Assembly (NCBI GenBank): GCA_951406725.2
Contig: OX597820.1
Location: 69,130,001-69,194,000 of the forward strand
Direction of reading: 5' to 3'
DNA: 64,000 nucleotides
From: Octopus vulgaris
Taxonomy: Eukaryota
Both the position numbers and the translations under genes were made by a program. This document shows positions 12,790 through 26,929 of this stretch, piece after piece (the stretch's first letter is position 1; every line of letters begins with the position of its first letter). The notes under the pieces were generated by a model. The model worked only from the letters and a program-made list of their open reading frames with translations. It was not told the DNA's origin and ran no database searches.

Positions 12790-13315
12790 TAAGAAGTAAA
12801 CTCGTCAGGTTTTGAACTAAGAACAAAAAAATATATAAATAAATACCGTAGACATTTTATTCAACGCTCTGTTGATTCTTTCAGTTCACAGAATAATTTG
12901 TAATAAAGGTAAAAGTCCAAAAATTTGATGGTAGGGAGACGGTCGATTATATCACCCACAATACTTGAGAGGCAGCTTGTTTTATTGATCTTGAGAAAGA
13001 TGAAAAATAAAATGATAACCTCGAAAGGATTCGAACTCAGAACATAAAGAGTCGAACTAATACTGCAAAGCATTATGCCAAGGGCTTTAATGATTGTTTC
13101 AATCCACAAAATAGAAGGCACACAGCAAGAAAATTTGAGTGGGTGGAGTTGGTAGTGGAAGGGTCGATTATATATCGTCGCTTGCTGGTTCTTTATTATA
13201 TCGAACAAGAAGATTGAAAGATTAAGTTTACCGCGATAGAATTTGAACTAATAACGTTAAGATCCGGAACAAGTGCAGTGAAGCATTTTGTCCATCGTTC
13301 TTATACTTCTGCCTA
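12790..13315 (-). mobile_element. Three degenerate family B SINE fragments
   Basis: Repeated tt(t/c)gaact(c/a)agaac..aa..gcatt blocks at about 12810, 13030 and 13245. Confidence 0.55.
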
Positions 13316-14114
13316 TATACAGAATAATCCAACGAGATAGCATAGAAGACATCAAAATATGGTGAGTCGAAACATAAGAGGTAAAATAAGATTTTGAGAA
13401 ACACCTGCGCGGAAATCTGAAAAATATTTAATATAAATTATTTCGAACTTTTAGAAAGATATATTGTTCTTTGAACTTAAAAATATGAACCATTATTGTT
13501 GCGCAACATATTTTGACAGTTATATATTGTTTAAACAGAGAGAAATAATAATTAAATGCCTTTAGTTACTTTTGTATGTGACAATGATTTATGATGTTAA
13601 AGAAAATTATTACGTTACTTTACTGAGAAGAGATATTTCACAACATTGTGGATTGGTTGAGAATTTAAATATGTAAATTAAGCTGGATAAATTTAGTGGC
13701 CATATTTGTTATTTTTTCTTGAAAAGAAAAAATTCTTTGCTGTTTTAGCTTCAGTTTAAGAACCAATTCTTCTTAGCTAGAGGCATTAAACCAATTCTTC
13801 TTGAAATTTACTAAAAAGACAATAAATGAATATTATTTAAAATATCTGTTTTTCAATAATTAAGGCTAAACTGGCAATGCCGCAGGAAAGTACATACAAG
13901 AACATACATATATATTTACATGCATACATATGCATATATATATATATGCATATTTATATATGTACGCACACACACACACATCTATATATATCTAGATAGA
14001 TAGTTATAGATAATGCCATAAAACTTATTAATATTTAAATGAATGGCGTAATGATATGTGTTAGGTAAGAAATTACTTTTATGTAGCTATTTCAACAAAG
14101 TTTATTGAACATGG

Positions 14115-14915
14115 CTGTCTGGTTAAGAAGTGCGCTTCAAAATTAGTGGTGGTTTCCAGGTTCGATTCCATGTGACGCAACTTGTAGGTACTGTCTAATG
14201 CTATAAGCCTTGTTTTCATCAATATTTTCTTCGTGAAATTTGGTTGAAGGGAAATGTGCGAAATCCTGATACACATGAACACACGTATCTCTTCTCTTTT
14301 GTTTTATTCCTTATAATGTTGAACTGCTGAAGCAGAGTCTTGAACTGCTAATGAGAACACTCGAAACACACTACCATTTCATTGTAAGTCTGGTAATCTT
14401 TATGTCGGGCACTAATGACGAAAGGCTAGATTACGGGGATGTAAACAAAACAATACCATTTGTGAAACGGTGGTAATGGGCCAAACGAATGTGTGTATGT
14501 GTATGTACGTGTATTTGTGTGTCTGTGTGTGTCCTCACAACATGACTTGACAACCGATGCTGACATGTTTATGTTCCCGTAACTTAGCGGTTCGGCTTAA
14601 AGAGACCGATACAACAAGTAATAGTCTTACAAAGAATAAGTTCTGAGGTTGATTTGCTCGACTAAAAAGCGGTGCTCCAGCATGGCTGCAGTGAAATGAC
14701 TGAAAGAAAAAGAGAATACATATATATATATATATATACATATATAAATATATAAATTTACACATATATACATATATATCCATCCATACATATATATGAA
14801 TATATATATGTACACATACACACATTAGACTTCCTCTCTGTCTCCATCTACCAAATCTCACCCAAGGCATTGGCTGGCCCGACAGAAGACACTTGTCCAA
14901 GGTTCCGCACAGGTT
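14115..14915. mobile_element. Cluster of family A SINE pieces in both orientations
   Basis: Plus-strand head at about 14115-14275, minus-strand tail at about 14300-14480, plus-strand tail at 14540-14715, minus-strand middle at 14830-14910. Confidence 0.7.
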
Positions 14916-15870
14916 TGAAGCAGGTGGTTGTTACTTCTTCTAAGTACTCATGTAATCATGAGAATACATGCAACCTCATGGCTTTCCCATTCTTAACCTA
15001 ATGGAACATAATGAGTATTGTATCTGCTGACCACGGAACTGGAATCGTAAGAAGACATTATGGTATCGTTAGAACGAAACTTGTAAGGAGAGGGGGCGGA
15101 AATACAGACAAAAGCTAGAGAGTAAGTCTAAAGCTTATATATGTGTACTTACTCATACATAACACGTGCATGTTTGTACTTTTAATTCATTGATTTTGCT
15201 TTAATGCAAAACTCTTCAGGAAAATACTAAACCTTAGCAGATAGACTGAGTTACAGATTGTATACTTGTGAGAAAACACCATTAAAAACCATAAAATTCG
15301 TTAATAAGCAATAAAGTATATAAACACTACTGAATGCTTCGATAAGCTCCTCAAATACCTAAAAGGTACTTCCATAATCTTGATATGAATTGTAAATATT
15401 ATAAACATTGATATCACACTTGAAAAAAAATCATTAACATTCATTATAGCTTATGTAGATTCGGAGAAATTTTTGATAACAAACTACTGCAAGTATAACT
15501 TTATCATTTACTTTCTCAGATAATATGCAAATATGTTTTAGAAAGATATTTCTAGACTGCTATAAATATTGACATGATAAATATTCAGACATTTTGTATT
15601 ATCGACTATCTCCAAACTTCTGTATATTTTAGCATTTTGTATAATACATTTAACCCTTGAAATGCTAGATAAACGTTTATAAAAATGATATTCACTAGTA
15701 CTTTTTGCTTCTTACTGCTAAGCACACAAACGTTCTCAGTACAACTCGCATCAGAAAAATTTTCTGAGCTGCATGAACGTTACTTTTGACATTTCAAGTT
15801 ATTGTAATAATAACGATTCTGCCAGTTCACCGCATAATAATAATAATAATAAAAATAATAATAATAATAA

Positions 15871-16405
15871 TCATGGCTCTCATGGCTTCTGACCTTAGCT
15901 GATTGGAAGAGTTATCATATACATTGTTTTTTCTTGGTATAAAAGATGAGCTACAGCAAATATTCTCCTCAATACCACGAATTTGCTTGTCAGTAGTTTG
16001 ACCTTAACCAGTTGGGCATTTCTCTTAACTGCTGACGATATGTTCATCTCTGATCACGAGTAAAAGTAGTGGAGAAGCATCGTTGCCATGTGGTGAGAGG
16101 AATCCTTTCGGGTTTGGATAATTCATTTCTGAAAACATGAGTGTTTCGTTCCACATCATTAAACAACCCTTATTCAGGGACCTTTTGAGCGGGATGGGCT
16201 ACTCGACCTGAAGAATATTCTAACTGGGCCCCACCTGCAAGGTCATGCGCTTTTTATCTTGATATGAAGTCACCATGTCGCGCACATATGGTCGTGATGC
16301 ATGTACCTGGTGTGCTCTTATCAGACGGGTAGTCATGATGGGTATACTAGACTTCGTATAGTTTACCATAGTGTCACTTTGATGGTATGCACTGCTCTCA
16401 CAGTC
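15871..16405. mobile_element. About 535-bp interspersed element inserted in an (AAT)n tract
   Basis: Higher-complexity, more GC-rich block bounded on both sides by (AAT)n. Class is unresolved; possibly a piece of a microsatellite-targeting non-LTR element. Confidence 0.55.
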
Positions 16406-16879
16406 AATAATAATAATAATTTGGGCTCAAAACCTGCAGTTTCTGGGTGAATGGGTACTTATTTTATCGAAAGGATGAAAGTCAATTCCACAGAAGTTGA
16501 TCTTATAATTCATCCCGAAACACTTATGTGTATATATAAGCATTATGTTGAACAAGAAATATTCACCTCTCCCCTACAAAAATCAACTTTTCCCAAAGAT
16601 TTACGAAATAAGTCAGGTTTAAAAGCGTATTATTTTGAGTAGATGTGAGACGTATCTTTGGGTTTCCATCTGCAACTGCTTCACTTTATTTACGTTGCAA
16701 ATATTTTTGGGAAAAACAACACACACACTCACATACACAGAGGTGGGGGGAGAGAGTGAAGTTATTGAAAGAATAGAGAGGGAGAGAGAGAGAGGTGATC
16801 CATGAAGGAAAGAATCAACTTCACAGTTTTTCCTATGAATGTCCATATCATTTTAACAAAATTTGCTGGGTAGGCATGG

Positions 16880-17235
16880 TAAGCATGGCATAGTGGTAAG
16901 GAAGCTCCTTTTGCAATCACGTGGTTTCGGGTTCGGTTTCATTGCGCAGTACTTTGCTCAAAAGATTTTAACTACGGCCCCGATTCAATCAATGCCTTGC
17001 GAGTGAATTTAGTTTACGAAAACTGTGGAATCCCACCGAATATGTATCTGTGTGTGTGTTTCCCACCACCGTTTGAAACCGGTATTATTTTATTTACGCT
17101 TTCGAAACTTAGCGATTCGGCAAGAGAGAACCGATATAAGTAAAAACTCTAAAAACTACTGGGGTCGATTTATTCGACTAAAACACGGTGCTACAGTATC
17201 GCCGCGTATCACTTACTAAAGCAAGTAAAAAATAA
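16880..17235 (+). mobile_element. Diverged family A SINE
   Basis: Head, gccttgcgagtgaattt middle and ggggtcgatttattcgactaaa tail are collinear with the intact copies. Confidence 0.75.
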
Positions 17236-18029
17236 AACGTACTTAAGTCATAACTTGTGCATATTGCTATTACACGACATCCAACACTCTACATAATCAA
17301 ATAAATATTAATATCCTTATTTTAATACACAGAATTTCTGTCTTCTGGAGAATGTAGAGAAATGAGACAGTTATTTCAGGCTAACCAATCACAACGTAGC
17401 TGAACAGATGTGAAAACTGTGTTGTTTCATGAAACATCCCATATGTTACTTCGGACAGTGTCTATTACTATTTCATTTCCGCATGTTGAAGCCAAAAGTT
17501 CAATATAATGCCTCCCAGTTGTTTGCATTCTCTTTCTGATGGGTGAGGTGTGGCGCTGTAGCAAGAATTCCTATGACTTTCTATAAAAAACAAATAGGCT
17601 TTTGGATTTTTATAGCAGCATATGTGTATGCCAATTAATAGAACATTTAGAAAGCGTTAGAAACTGAAAGAAAATTTTATGAAAAATAAGAAACTACGTT
17701 CTCCAGAATGTAATGACCGTGCATATTTTGTGAGAAATATTCAAGATATATTTCAGTTGTAGTATAAGGGTGTGAATATCAAACATTGATATTAGTAGGC
17801 ATCCATGTAAATATAAAACGATTTTTTTCCTATTTATGTACAAAACCAAGACTATACATATAGGAGGGATGGAGAAAATTTTGACACAAATACTTTTCTC
17901 AAGAGAGTCAGTTTGATGATCCTACATAGTTAGATAAAACTATTAATTATTCCTACTCGCAAAATAAATTTAGCAAGTTCAATACCTCCGACTTTACGGT
18001 ACTCACCGTTCTTTGACGAAAAACTGACA

Positions 18030-18242
18030 GAAGTGTGTGGTTAAGAAGCTCTATTTCCAACTACGTGGTTTCGGGTTTAGCTCCACTGTTCGATATCCTG
18101 GACAAATGTCTTCTACTAAGGTCTACTAAATTCACTAACAAGGTATTAATCGGTCCGGGATATAGTAGGAGACACTTGCCTAAGGGGCTGCACAGTGGGA
18201 TTGAACCTAAAACCATATGGCTGCAAAGCGAGTTTCTTAAGC
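18030..18242. mobile_element. Two family A SINE heads in inverted arrangement
   Basis: Plus-strand head 18030-18118, followed by a minus-strand head (tagtaggagacacttgcctaagg..accatatgg..gagtttcttaa). Confidence 0.7.
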
Positions 18243-19333
18243 AAAAATAATGCTCACTCTGAACAAGAAGACGAGATTGGAGAGACTTTCGAACTAATTA
18301 CCTTTCAAGAAATACCATGTATTACAAATGGAAGAATGAAAGATATCCTGATAATAAAGATTCAGTATCTGTCTCATTTGCAATAATAAAGATCTGATTA
18401 ACAGAGAGGAAAACTATTAGCAAAAAAAGTGCTAAACTAGAGATCTAAGGAATTGACTATCAGAACGTCTACGAAACAAATATGCATACCGCTGTTGATA
18501 TCACCACTAAATTTCTGGATTATTTCTTGAATTTATTCTACAGTTGTAACGGTAGGGAATAAAAAATAACATCAGCTGAAAACTTCAAAGACGCACCGAC
18601 AGCTAGCCAAATTTTCTAGTTAGTTGATCGTTAATGAACAAGCCTTAGACACGAATTAATTAAGCGCCAGGTTTGAGTAATCATTCTAGCTTAATAGAGT
18701 TTAGTTGCTCAACAAACTGTCATTTTTATCTGACAGATATGTATTTTTATTTTATGGTGATATTTATTAAATTCCTAGCTTAGTGTTGTTACATGAAGGA
18801 AAAGGAATTAGTGTTTTCTGGAGACGGAAAGGCTTTTGCTGTTATATCTGCGTTAATATTCGATCTAGCTTGACTTTAATAAATGAATTATAGAAATGAA
18901 ATTGTGAATCAACCGATTCTACAATATGGGGGGAACAAACAGCAAAACGGAGACCCAGACAGACTGAAAGGAGGAAAGAAAGAAAGAAAGAAAGAGAGAG
19001 GCTGAGATGTAACAGTAAAGAAACAGATAAAGAGAAAGAAAGCACTTTCCAATGTTTTACCGTTCATCAGTTGAAGAAGTGTCTAATAACTCAGCCATAT
19101 TATAATCAAACAAAAGAAGACATGTTTGAGTGTATTTTGGGTATGGAGTAGGCGAGAAAGACAAAATTCTCAGCAGAAAAAGTGAAAGCTACTGACATTT
19201 TACCTCATTGGAGAAAAGAGTTGGAAATAATTGATCACATTTGGAATTATGATGTTCTATACGAGAGAGAGAAAAAAAGCATTCTCTTGTGGTTTTATTG
19301 GAGCGTCAACTATGTAATTATATCTTTCTCAAT

Positions 19334-19392
<59 letters not shown>

Positions 19393-19432
19393 TTATAATA
19401 TATATGTGTGGGTATGTATACGTATATATATT

Positions 19433-19484
<52 letters not shown>

Positions 19485-20150
19485 TTGATAAATATAAGCG
19501 TTTGTGTATGTATGCTATATATGTATGTACATACATGTCCACATACACTTTCCAAAGACAGGCAGAAAAAGGGGGACAAACAGATAAATATAGGTGCGCG
19601 CGAGTGGGTGAATATATTGCATGTCTTTTGTAATAATATCATGCTGTTGTAAGCGTCGAAGATTAAGATCTACACATCCCCAATGGAATCTGTTATCAGC
19701 TTTCTATTTCCAATTGCAGTAGTTTTATATCACTTACATCATTAATAACCTTAAGAAAGTCATAGACAACGAACAATCTAATTTTCAACCACTTTTTCCT
19801 AATAAATGTGCATATATATAAGAAATTTACACAGTGCTTTTAGATATATATATATGTGTGTGTATTGGTGGACGCGTGTGTTTGTGATTTGTGTATGTGT
19901 GTTTGGTGAAAATGTGGGTGCCGTTGAATGATTGGTGGTAAATCCGAGGCAAGATGAGCGAGCCCATGACATCTGTTCGATTTCAGGCGAATCAGAAGTT
20001 TATCGTAATTCATATGGCTGAAAACGTTTTAGACCGCAATTATGAGATAACACGCTATTGAGCACAGAGCACAGAGTATATTATAGAAAGATGTATATAT
20101 TCTAACAACACTGCTATATTTCGTAGATGGAAACTGTGCAGAAGCCTGTC

Positions 20151-20186
<36 letters not shown>

Positions 20187-20575
20187 ATTTGTGCCCAACT
20201 CACTCCAAATCTTGAAAGCCGTATTGGCACCTGGTTAGATCGAGATCAGTAGCAGCTATGGCAAGTGTCTCTTCCTCAATCAAAAACCATCCCAGGGCAA
20301 TTTGGTCGACGAGAGATGTGCGAAGACCCAGATTATTTAATAGCGTAGATGCCATTGTAATAGGAATGGTGAACATTCAGACAAGTTTTGATCTCAGAAA
20401 GAGTTGGTTTGTAGTCTATTAAATTAAATTAGAATTAAGGTTTTTCTCACTTAAGCACAGCTGACAACATTATATCATATTTCTGCATTGTCTGCATATA
20501 ACAGGGATCTTATGAAGTACGTTCTTTCGAGCTCTGATCTTACTCGGATAGTTTTGCTCTATTTCCCCCTTTTTA

Positions 20576-21119
20576 CAGGGTGACCCAGAAATATTTACCC
20601 ATTGATATTTCTTAATTATTCAAAATAAACTTAAGGTACAAAACTTAAGGCGCAGGAGTGGCTGTGTGGTAAGTAGCTTGCTTACCAACCACATGGTTCC
20701 GGGTTCATTCACACTGCATGGCACCTTGATGGTGGTTGTGGTGGTGAGGCGGTGAGGTGGCAGAATCGCTACCATCCCGTTCTGAGTTCAAATTTCACCG
20801 ATGTTTTTGCATTTCATCTTTTCGGAGTCAAAAAAATAAGTACCAGTTGATATCGTTTCCAGGTATTCACTGTTTTACGACACACATTCAACACATATAA
20901 TATGTCCTTCTTACTCACTCCAGCTGTTTTCAAAGAGACAATCTGGTCACGTTTTGCTTTCGACACCACGTTTGTTTACAAACTTGCTATAGACAAACGA
21001 AACGATAGATACATCAACAAAAGACATAAGCAAATCTTTATGTAAAATGTAGATAATTCCTGAACGGATGTACCTTTGGAAGAGTTTTAAACCTTGGTAA
21101 ATCTTTTTGGGACATCCTG
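20576..21119. mobile_element. Tc1/mariner-type MITE with nested SINEs
   Basis: TIRs CAGGGTGACCCAGAAATATTTACCCA and (reverse complement) CAGGATGTCCCAAAAAGATTTACCAA, with TA on both sides. Confidence 0.75.
20649..20850 (+). mobile_element. Family A SINE head followed by internally deleted family B SINE
   Basis: ggcgcaggagtggctgtgtggtaagtagc..gcaccttg, then ggcggtgaggtggcagaatcg..gttctgagttcaaat..tttcatcttttcggagtc..aagtaccag. Confidence 0.85.
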
Positions 21120-21314
21120 TATATATTTGAGGGAAATGTTTGATTGAACTGTTGTTGTTTTAAGATAAATTCCATGTTTTCTAGAATCGCCTGCAGATTA
21201 GATACAAGAAACTCCCAATTGCAACCCACAACAGACTTAGCTTATAAGAATCATTTCACTGAGCCTAAAAGTATCGAGTAATTTCTTTTACGTAATTGCA
21301 TTTCACACCAATGT

Positions 21315-21332
21315 ACTGCTGCTGCTGCTGCA

Positions 21333-21397
<65 letters not shown>

Positions 21398-21398
21398 A
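21315..21398. repeat. (CTG)n/(ACT)n trinucleotide repeat
   Basis: Direct reading. Confidence 0.95.
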
Positions 21399-22453
21399 TA
21401 TCCTACTCGTTTTGATCATTTTTGCTCATTGCCTTATATATGTATGCTTGTGTGCAAATATGGGCATGCATATATAAATATGTGTATACACATACATGTG
21501 TGTATGTGTTTGTGTGTGTATCTATCTACGAAGAAATAATTGTGCTGGTCACACAGAAGCGTATAAATTAGTGTTTGCGTGTAATCCTCAATGTTATAAA
21601 TAAATGAATTATTCCTGGATTCCTGGCTTCAGAAGTAAATATACCATTGCAATCACTGGTGTTTCGTGGCATTAAAAACAAACGAACAATAGGTTAAAAA
21701 CAAATAAGAAAACAAAAGAAAAACATCAGTTTATTTTGGTGAAGCGAATGGAAAGGAACAACCATGTAAAACTCTTTTAGCCCTTGAAGCAAATTCAATA
21801 GAAAAATCTTTAAATAACCCCCACTCCTCCTTTAAAGTTCTGTTAATTAAAATAAGACATACTTTAATTATCTGGTTTTCAAAATTTCGATTTTTCTCTT
21901 CAAAATCTCGTTCAAAATCAAGTGATTGTCACGAGTAAATGATCTCCTTAGTTTGTATTCTCTTTTCGATGTAGTTTATTCATTTTTTTTTATATGCGTC
22001 CGGAATATAAATGTTTTTTGTTATAGTTGTTGTTTTCTTGTTGTTGTTGTTGTTGTTGATGGTGTTATTGTTGTTACTGGTTACTGTCGTTGCTTAGTCC
22101 AGTCCAGTCAGTTCTGAATATAGATCTGTGAGGCAGAAAGTTCAAACCATGACAATCACCCTGTTATTTTATTTTATTTTATTTTATATGTATAACAATC
22201 TAAAGTTGGTCGATTGGCCGAGTCTTGAAATTATCTGTATGTGTCGTATTATTTGCTGCAGCGCACCTGATATAAGTTCAAAATCTCTGAGGGCTGAATT
22301 ATTGTTTCGTTTTTTAAACAATAGAGTTATTATTCTTCGGTGTGGTAGTGGACAGATGTGGTGTATCTTGACCTATATATGTTATTGCATGGAACCACCG
22401 ATTAAAAAAGTTGTACAACATGATTTGATAGAGTTTTGAGCAGCTAGTCTTAA

Positions 22454-22675
22454 CCCATTAAGTCCCACTGTCCTATGAATAGGACACTAAATGAGAACAT
22501 TAAAGAAGCTATATCACATTGTCTCAGTGTCCTATTTATAGGACACCGAGTATTTCCATTTCCACTTGAAGTAAAGGAGTTTTAATAATCATTTTTTCTT
22601 TTTAACCTATTTTCAATCATCTGTAAAAATTTAAAAGTAATATTCAAAAATGTAAGTACTCTGAAACTTAATGGG
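22454..22675. mobile_element. piggyBac-like MITE
   Basis: TTAA|CCCATTAAG ... CTTAATGGG|TTAG termini, plus two internal palindromes tgtcctat-nn-ataggaca. Confidence 0.7.
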
Positions 22676-23687
22676 TTAGACCAGCAGGAATTGCATATCT
22701 CGGACTATATTATCCTTCAAATATAAACACTTCCTTTTTAAAATAGTAGTGTACGATTTGAGAGAGTCTTAGCTACTATTTTTAGCAGGTACACTTAATG
22801 TTTAGCATACTGATGTTGCCAAACATGTTTGTTGTTTCTGTTGTGGCTATTCTATTTTCAAAGCCATCGTTTTAATTAAATGATCATAATGTGTTATGGG
22901 GGAATTTCTTTCATTTTCCTTCATCCGTTCTTATTTTCCTTGTGTACAATTCTGCCTGTCTTTTTTTCATTCTATCTTTATTTTTACACCATTCTTTCTT
23001 ACCCTATCATTTTCTTTCTTTCTATGATTCTTTCTCTTTTAATTTCCTACACTCAAATTTCTATCCTCCTCACTCTCCTTCTTTTCTCTCTTTATATTTA
23101 TTTTCTAGTTTTCTCTGACTCTTTCTTGCTTTTCTTTCTTTTCCTTCATTTTATTCACTTCTTTCTTTAATTCAGTCTTTCCTTCTAACTTCTTTTTCAT
23201 TACATTTCTTTCCTTTTTTCTTTCTCTCTATTTTTTGTATAGATCCCCTACATTCTCTCCTTCATTTGGTTCAGTGTCTTCGCTCAACCTTTAATTATTT
23301 ATTTCCATCTCTATCTCTTTATTTCATTCTTCGATTCGTTCTTAATATATTTACTTTACCTTCTCCTTCTTACAAACAATCTTTCTTACTTTCTTTCTTT
23401 CATTCTTATGTCTTATGCTGATCCAACAGCAACCCACCAATAACTTATCACATAATAACCCAAATGAAACTTGCTAATTAACAAGAACTTAATGTGATAC
23501 TATGTTGCGATGAAACATTTCAAATTACTCTAATTTATATTAAGAAATGATTTCGTAAAAGGCGCTCTGAATATGTAACGTAAAATTTTATTTTGTTTTT
23601 ATATTTGTAACACAAAAACATTCTGCTTGTTAGTCAATGTACCTAATATCACGCGTCAGACATGCATGTTAGAAGTTCCATGCGAAG

Positions 23688-23724
23688 GTATGACTAGGTT
23701 TATAGATGAAGATGCATGCATGTT

Positions 23725-23781
<57 letters not shown>

Positions 23782-24377
23782 TGTTGTATTTAGGAATGGT
23801 TATTTTGCCACTTTAGCCAATAAAAACACACGCACAACATATTTGGTGTTACTTTGCTTCAGCGTTATTTAGTTTTTACATTAATCTTAATCTTATTTCG
23901 GCCAGAGTTCTTTCGTCACACTCCTGTGACCGCATCAGTGGTCCTTTGCTTTCTTCTTTCTTATTTGTGTGTCTCTCCTTACTAACGGTCTTACTAATGG
24001 CTGACCGTTTATAGGGAGAGACACACAAATAAGAAAGAAGGAAGCAAAGGACCACTGATGCGGTCACAGGATGAGTGTGATGAAAGAACTCTGGCCGAAA
24101 TAAGATTAAGATTAATGTAAAAAATAAATTAAGCTGAAGCAAAGTAACACCAAATATATAGTGCGTGCGTTTTTATTGTCTAAACTGGCAAAATGACCAT
24201 TCCTAAATACAACAATACCTGTTTCAACACACGATTTTACATCAAAAATCCTGCAAAACAAATATATATATACATACATACATACATACATACAAACATA
24301 CGTAGATATGCATGTGTCTTCAAACGTGTGTGTGTGAGTTCGTGCGCATGCATTTTCATTTATAAACCCTGTCATAC
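23688..24377. repeat. Long inverted repeat (core arms about 210 bp, 23779-24217) with outer inverted flanks
   Basis: Arms are reverse complements with scattered mismatches and a loop near 23992-24001. 23688-23719 also pairs with 24346-24377. Confidence 0.9.
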
Positions 24378-24406
24378 ATACATACATACATACATACATA
24401 CATACA

Positions 24407-24478
<72 letters not shown>

Positions 24479-25239
24479 TATGTTCGATATTCTCACTTTT
24501 CGTTTATTTATTTCACAGCGGCTGTGTCCATAGATCCATAAAATGACGTCCTCGGACGAAATTCTTAGAAAGAACGGATTAATTTTTACATCATGAAATT
24601 TTTGTTTCTTTAGTTACCTCAAAAAATACTTTTAGATATTGTAGTTTTTCTAGTTTATAATTTAGTTCCTTGTAGAGATCGTATTATACTTCCTAATGTA
24701 TTCACTACTTTGTTGCGACAAAGTATTTTGTTCGTGTATAAATGTCCTCGACTTCTTTCCGTGCACCATTCCCGTTTCTTTGGAAGCAATCCTCTTTTTA
24801 CAAATGCTATTCATAGTAAAAATTTAGAGCCAGTATTTCTGAACGCTAGATTAGTAACGATATGTCGCAGAAACATATCGATGACCCGGAAAGTTTACTG
24901 AAATTGTATAAGCGCAGAAGTCGAATTAATCGACTATCCCACTCACGCAAAATTTAAGGACATTCGCCTTTAACAGAAATAATAATTATTTTTTTTTTAC
25001 GAGTGATTATATTTCGATGTAACAATTTATTTCAATGTTTTTAAATCCCCCGTCCCCCACCACAAATATTTCATATCTCAGATTATTATATTTCACATTT
25101 CCCATTCTGTTTGCCTTCTTTAATAAACCTCACATGACCTCTCTGTTCATTACCAGCTTCTGCCGTTATTAATGATCTTTCTAATTATCATTGCTGACAA
25201 CAAATATTAGCTACCCTGATCCGCATATTGACATCACCA

Positions 25240-25715
25240 ATACCAACACCACCACCTCCTCCTCCATTGAGTTAATACTTTTAACATCACATTCATTCGA
25301 TCCTCAGCATCCTCTTCCTTCTCTCCTTCATCATCCCATCATTATCATTCCATCATCATCATCGTTATTCCATTATCATCAACATTCTCCTTACTATCAC
25401 TACCACTATCATCATCATCATCCCTCATCCAATAATCATTATTCCATCATCATCATCACTATTATCTCATCGTCATTCTATCAGCATCCTCAGCATCCTC
25501 CACCTCTTCATCCTCGTCATCATCATTATCATCCTTTCCATCTTTATTATAATCACATCATCGTCGTCGAGGTCGTCCTCCTCACCATCATCTTCACCAC
25601 TACCGTCGCCATTTTCAGATTACTAATAGCAGCTAAAACTTCTTTTATTTGTCAACACCCATCACCACCAGCTGCACATCTAACACCATCATCTACCACC
25701 ACTACTACCACTATT
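25240..25715. repeat. Degenerate (CAT)n/(ACC)n low-complexity tract
   Basis: Accounts for the His/Ile-rich 181-aa ORF. Confidence 0.85.
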
Positions 25716-25732
25716 AATGTAGTCGTCGAATT

Positions 25733-26116
25733 TTGACACAAGGCCGCCATTTATTTTGGTGGGGGCTGCAAGTCGACTGCATCAACCCCAGTGTTCAACT
25801 GATACTTATCTTATCGAACCTAGAAAGGATGAAAACCTAAGTCAACCGCAGGTGGCGTTTGAACTCAGAACGTAAAGCCGGAAGAAATGCCACTTTTTCC
25901 GGAGCAGTAAAGCTTCTGCCAGCTCAACGCCTGACCACCACCACCACCACCATTAGCATTGGGTTGAAATATTGGCACAAGGCCTGCAAGTTCGGGGGTG
26001 GTGTGGTGGGAAATGAATTATGTAGAACCCCAGATTTCAACTGGTACTTATTTTTTTGACTCCGAAAAGTTGAAAGGCGAAGACATCGGTGAAATTTGAA
26101 CTCAGAACGTAAAGCC
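25733..26116 (-). mobile_element. Two tandem family B SINEs
   Basis: Both contain cacaaggc..caactg(a/g)tactta..tttgaactcagaacgtaaagccg. Confidence 0.85.
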
Positions 26117-26139
26117 GTTCCTACTTCAGCCACAAAGCA

Positions 26140-26428
26140 GAGGGACCATGGGGTGACCTTTTATGATGTGGTAAACTTTCAGACCCTAGTCTAGATTGAG
26201 AATCCTCTGTACCCCAGGATGGTTCAGCTCTCCACCCGTCAAAAGCCACCGTTTTCGGGATGAGGATAACAACGTAGCTTTCCGTGCAACCGCCAGTCTA
26301 TCGCGTGTGGTGGGTGGATCTTCAAGTTGCCACATGCATTCTTAGTAAGCTCGAATTAGAGATTATTCTTTGTGGCTAATGGCGTGAGTCTTGAGAAGAA
26401 GAAGAAGAAGAAGAAGAAGAAGAAGAAG
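26140..26428. mobile_element. Unclassified retroelement-like fragment ending in (GAA)n
   Basis: More GC-rich block abutting a (GAA)n run, as seen at RTE-clade ends. Class is inferred only. Confidence 0.3.
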
Positions 26429-26929
26429 ACAACCAATTCCATCGCTGTCGCCGTCGCCATCCAACCGATTAACATTATAAAAAAGTTTTACTGCTATCAG
26501 AAAAGAGTACAGCGAAAGAACCTGTTCGTTTGCCAAAAAGAGCAGCCAAATATTCCTCATCACTTTCTGACACATACATATGCAACATACCCGAACTGCA
26601 CCTTCTGGATATAGGAAAGGACGCCAATGGGGACTTTTATCGTCTGAGAACAAAAAAAAAACAGCAAAAAATTGATTGATTAATCATGATTGATCATGTG
26701 TGCTTTTGATCAGTTTTTCTTCGCCAAGCTTGACCTGGGGCTAAACAACAAGAACAACAACGACAATTTTGTAATAACATCAGCATCGTGTTCATCAGCA
26801 ACAATGATAGTCTATTGCAATGTTTACCACTGTTTCATTGAAAAACAAAAACCCACTGAACACCAACGCAACCACATCAACAGCCATAAGTGTTATCATC
26901 ACCAATATCACATTGTAACTATCAGAAGC

